A stretch of 49,658 nt of DNA from Octopus bimaculoides. Lineage: Eukaryota. The stretch lies in the NCBI RefSeq assembly GCF_001194135.2, contig NC_068989.1, positions 74,298,758 through 74,348,415 on the forward strand, written 5' to 3'. Shown here piece after piece: positions 48,521-49,658 of this stretch (its first letter is position 1; every line of letters starts with the position of its first letter). A program made the translations under genes and the position numbers. The notes under the pieces were generated by a model that worked only from the letters and a program-made list of their open reading frames with translations, was not told the DNA's origin and searched no databases.

Positions 48521-49301
48521 TAATATCATTATTAACACGTATATCATGTTTTGGGTAGTATGTCCGACTGTGACTGATAAATTTCATGAAGGATTGAAAG
48601 CATATTTTAGCGTGGGCGCTAAATCCCGTGACATCGTTACCACATTTTTGTAAAAGCGTGTATGCTCGTACAAGAACTCAACAGCCACACCCGTGCTGCT
48701 CATGTTTAGGAGAACAACCACATGTCATTGCAAGAAATCGTGTAACAGCCATCATCATGTATGTATCAATATGTATTTGCCATAGAAAATAAATAACCTA
48801 AGGCTGTGTCTGGGAGCAGAGTAATCATCCCAAAACTTTAAATGATATTCATGTTGTACGTCTGTATGCTGTCCATATCTCAATAATATTCAGAATCGGA
48901 TATCACCTGAAAAAGATGTAGTAAACATCATATCAATGTATTACGCATTTTGGTGTATGTCTGTATACACCATCGCGCGCGCGTACACACACCAACATAC
49001 ATTAGTGACTGATATAATTATGTTTGATCATAAATAAAAGATGTGTTAGCCTTGCCTGAAACGTCTTTGATAACAGACCTATCCGAACAGAGCTGACCTC
49101 AGGGCTAAGTAAGCAACGAATATGACAACGTTTTATTATTCTCAAGGGTTCCTATTGAGAGTTACTTAAACATAGATTATCCTATCTTACACAAATAGGA
49201 AATAAAGCAATCGCTAGATATAACTATATGTAGAATAATTTCTACTTCCTCTTCTTCTTTTTATTCTTCTTCTTTTTATTCTTCTTCTTATTATTATTAT
49301 T

Positions 49302-49658
49302 CAGTAGTTTTAATTTTATAACGTGCTTTCACTTCACTACCGAGCGCGCAGCTCTGTGCGCCTTGGGTATATGCTGTGGTTTGCTGTGGTGCTCTTATGT
49401 TTACTGTATTGAAAGTGTTTTGCGTAGAATGTGTGCAGTACCCAGTAGTGCAATTTTCTGTATGTTATATATATTTGTAAGTCCTGGTGTTTTTATTATG
49501 TATTTGTCTGAATATTTTTTTATTATACCTAAGGCACCTACTATGATAGGAATTGTTTCTGTTTTTAGATTCCACATTCGAGTTATCTCTATTTCCAGGT
49601 CTTTGTATTTTGAAAGTTTTTCCATTTCTTTTAGAGAAACGTTGTCATCTGCTGGTAT
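49302..49658 (-). mobile_element. R4/Dong-like LINE 3' end (endonuclease C-terminus, stop at 49401-49403, about 100-bp 3' UTR), running off the window
   Basis: Uninterrupted frame IPADDNVSLKEMEKLSKYKDLEIEITRMWNLKTETIPIIVGALGIIKK..IQKIALLGTAHILRKTL. The 3' end abuts (AAT)n at 49288-49301. Confidence 0.85.

Noticed and set aside
48700-48770. TCHCKKSC cysteine cluster
   Set aside because: A single short motif with no extended CxC pattern or supporting frame.

Overview
AT-rich, microsatellite-dense animal genomic DNA from a short-read draft assembly, with nine N-gaps, nearly all next to simple repeats. The SINE and LINE sequences resemble those I recall from octopus (coleoid cephalopod) genomes; this is inference, not a database result. 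I find no intact host gene, rRNA, functional tRNA or CRISPR array. Most listed ORFs are microsatellite or gap translations, and the rest are decayed transposon fragments. Recognisable remnants include Tc1/mariner elements and a Tigger-like MITE, Penelope-like elements (RT and GIY-YIG parts), RTE, CRE-like and R4/Dong-like LINEs, probable CR1/L2-group 3' ends, and over a dozen tRNA-derived SINE copies, several in tandem. The best lead is a minimal type I hammerhead ribozyme motif at 3247-3288. All its helices are intact and its core carries a compensatory U3:A8 pair. It sits in a 359-bp unit bounded by 42-bp direct repeats and preceded by an inverted copy, which resembles a retrozyme or Penelope pseudo-LTR. 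A second, probably inactivated, hammerhead motif lies at 34032-34068 within a Penelope remnant.
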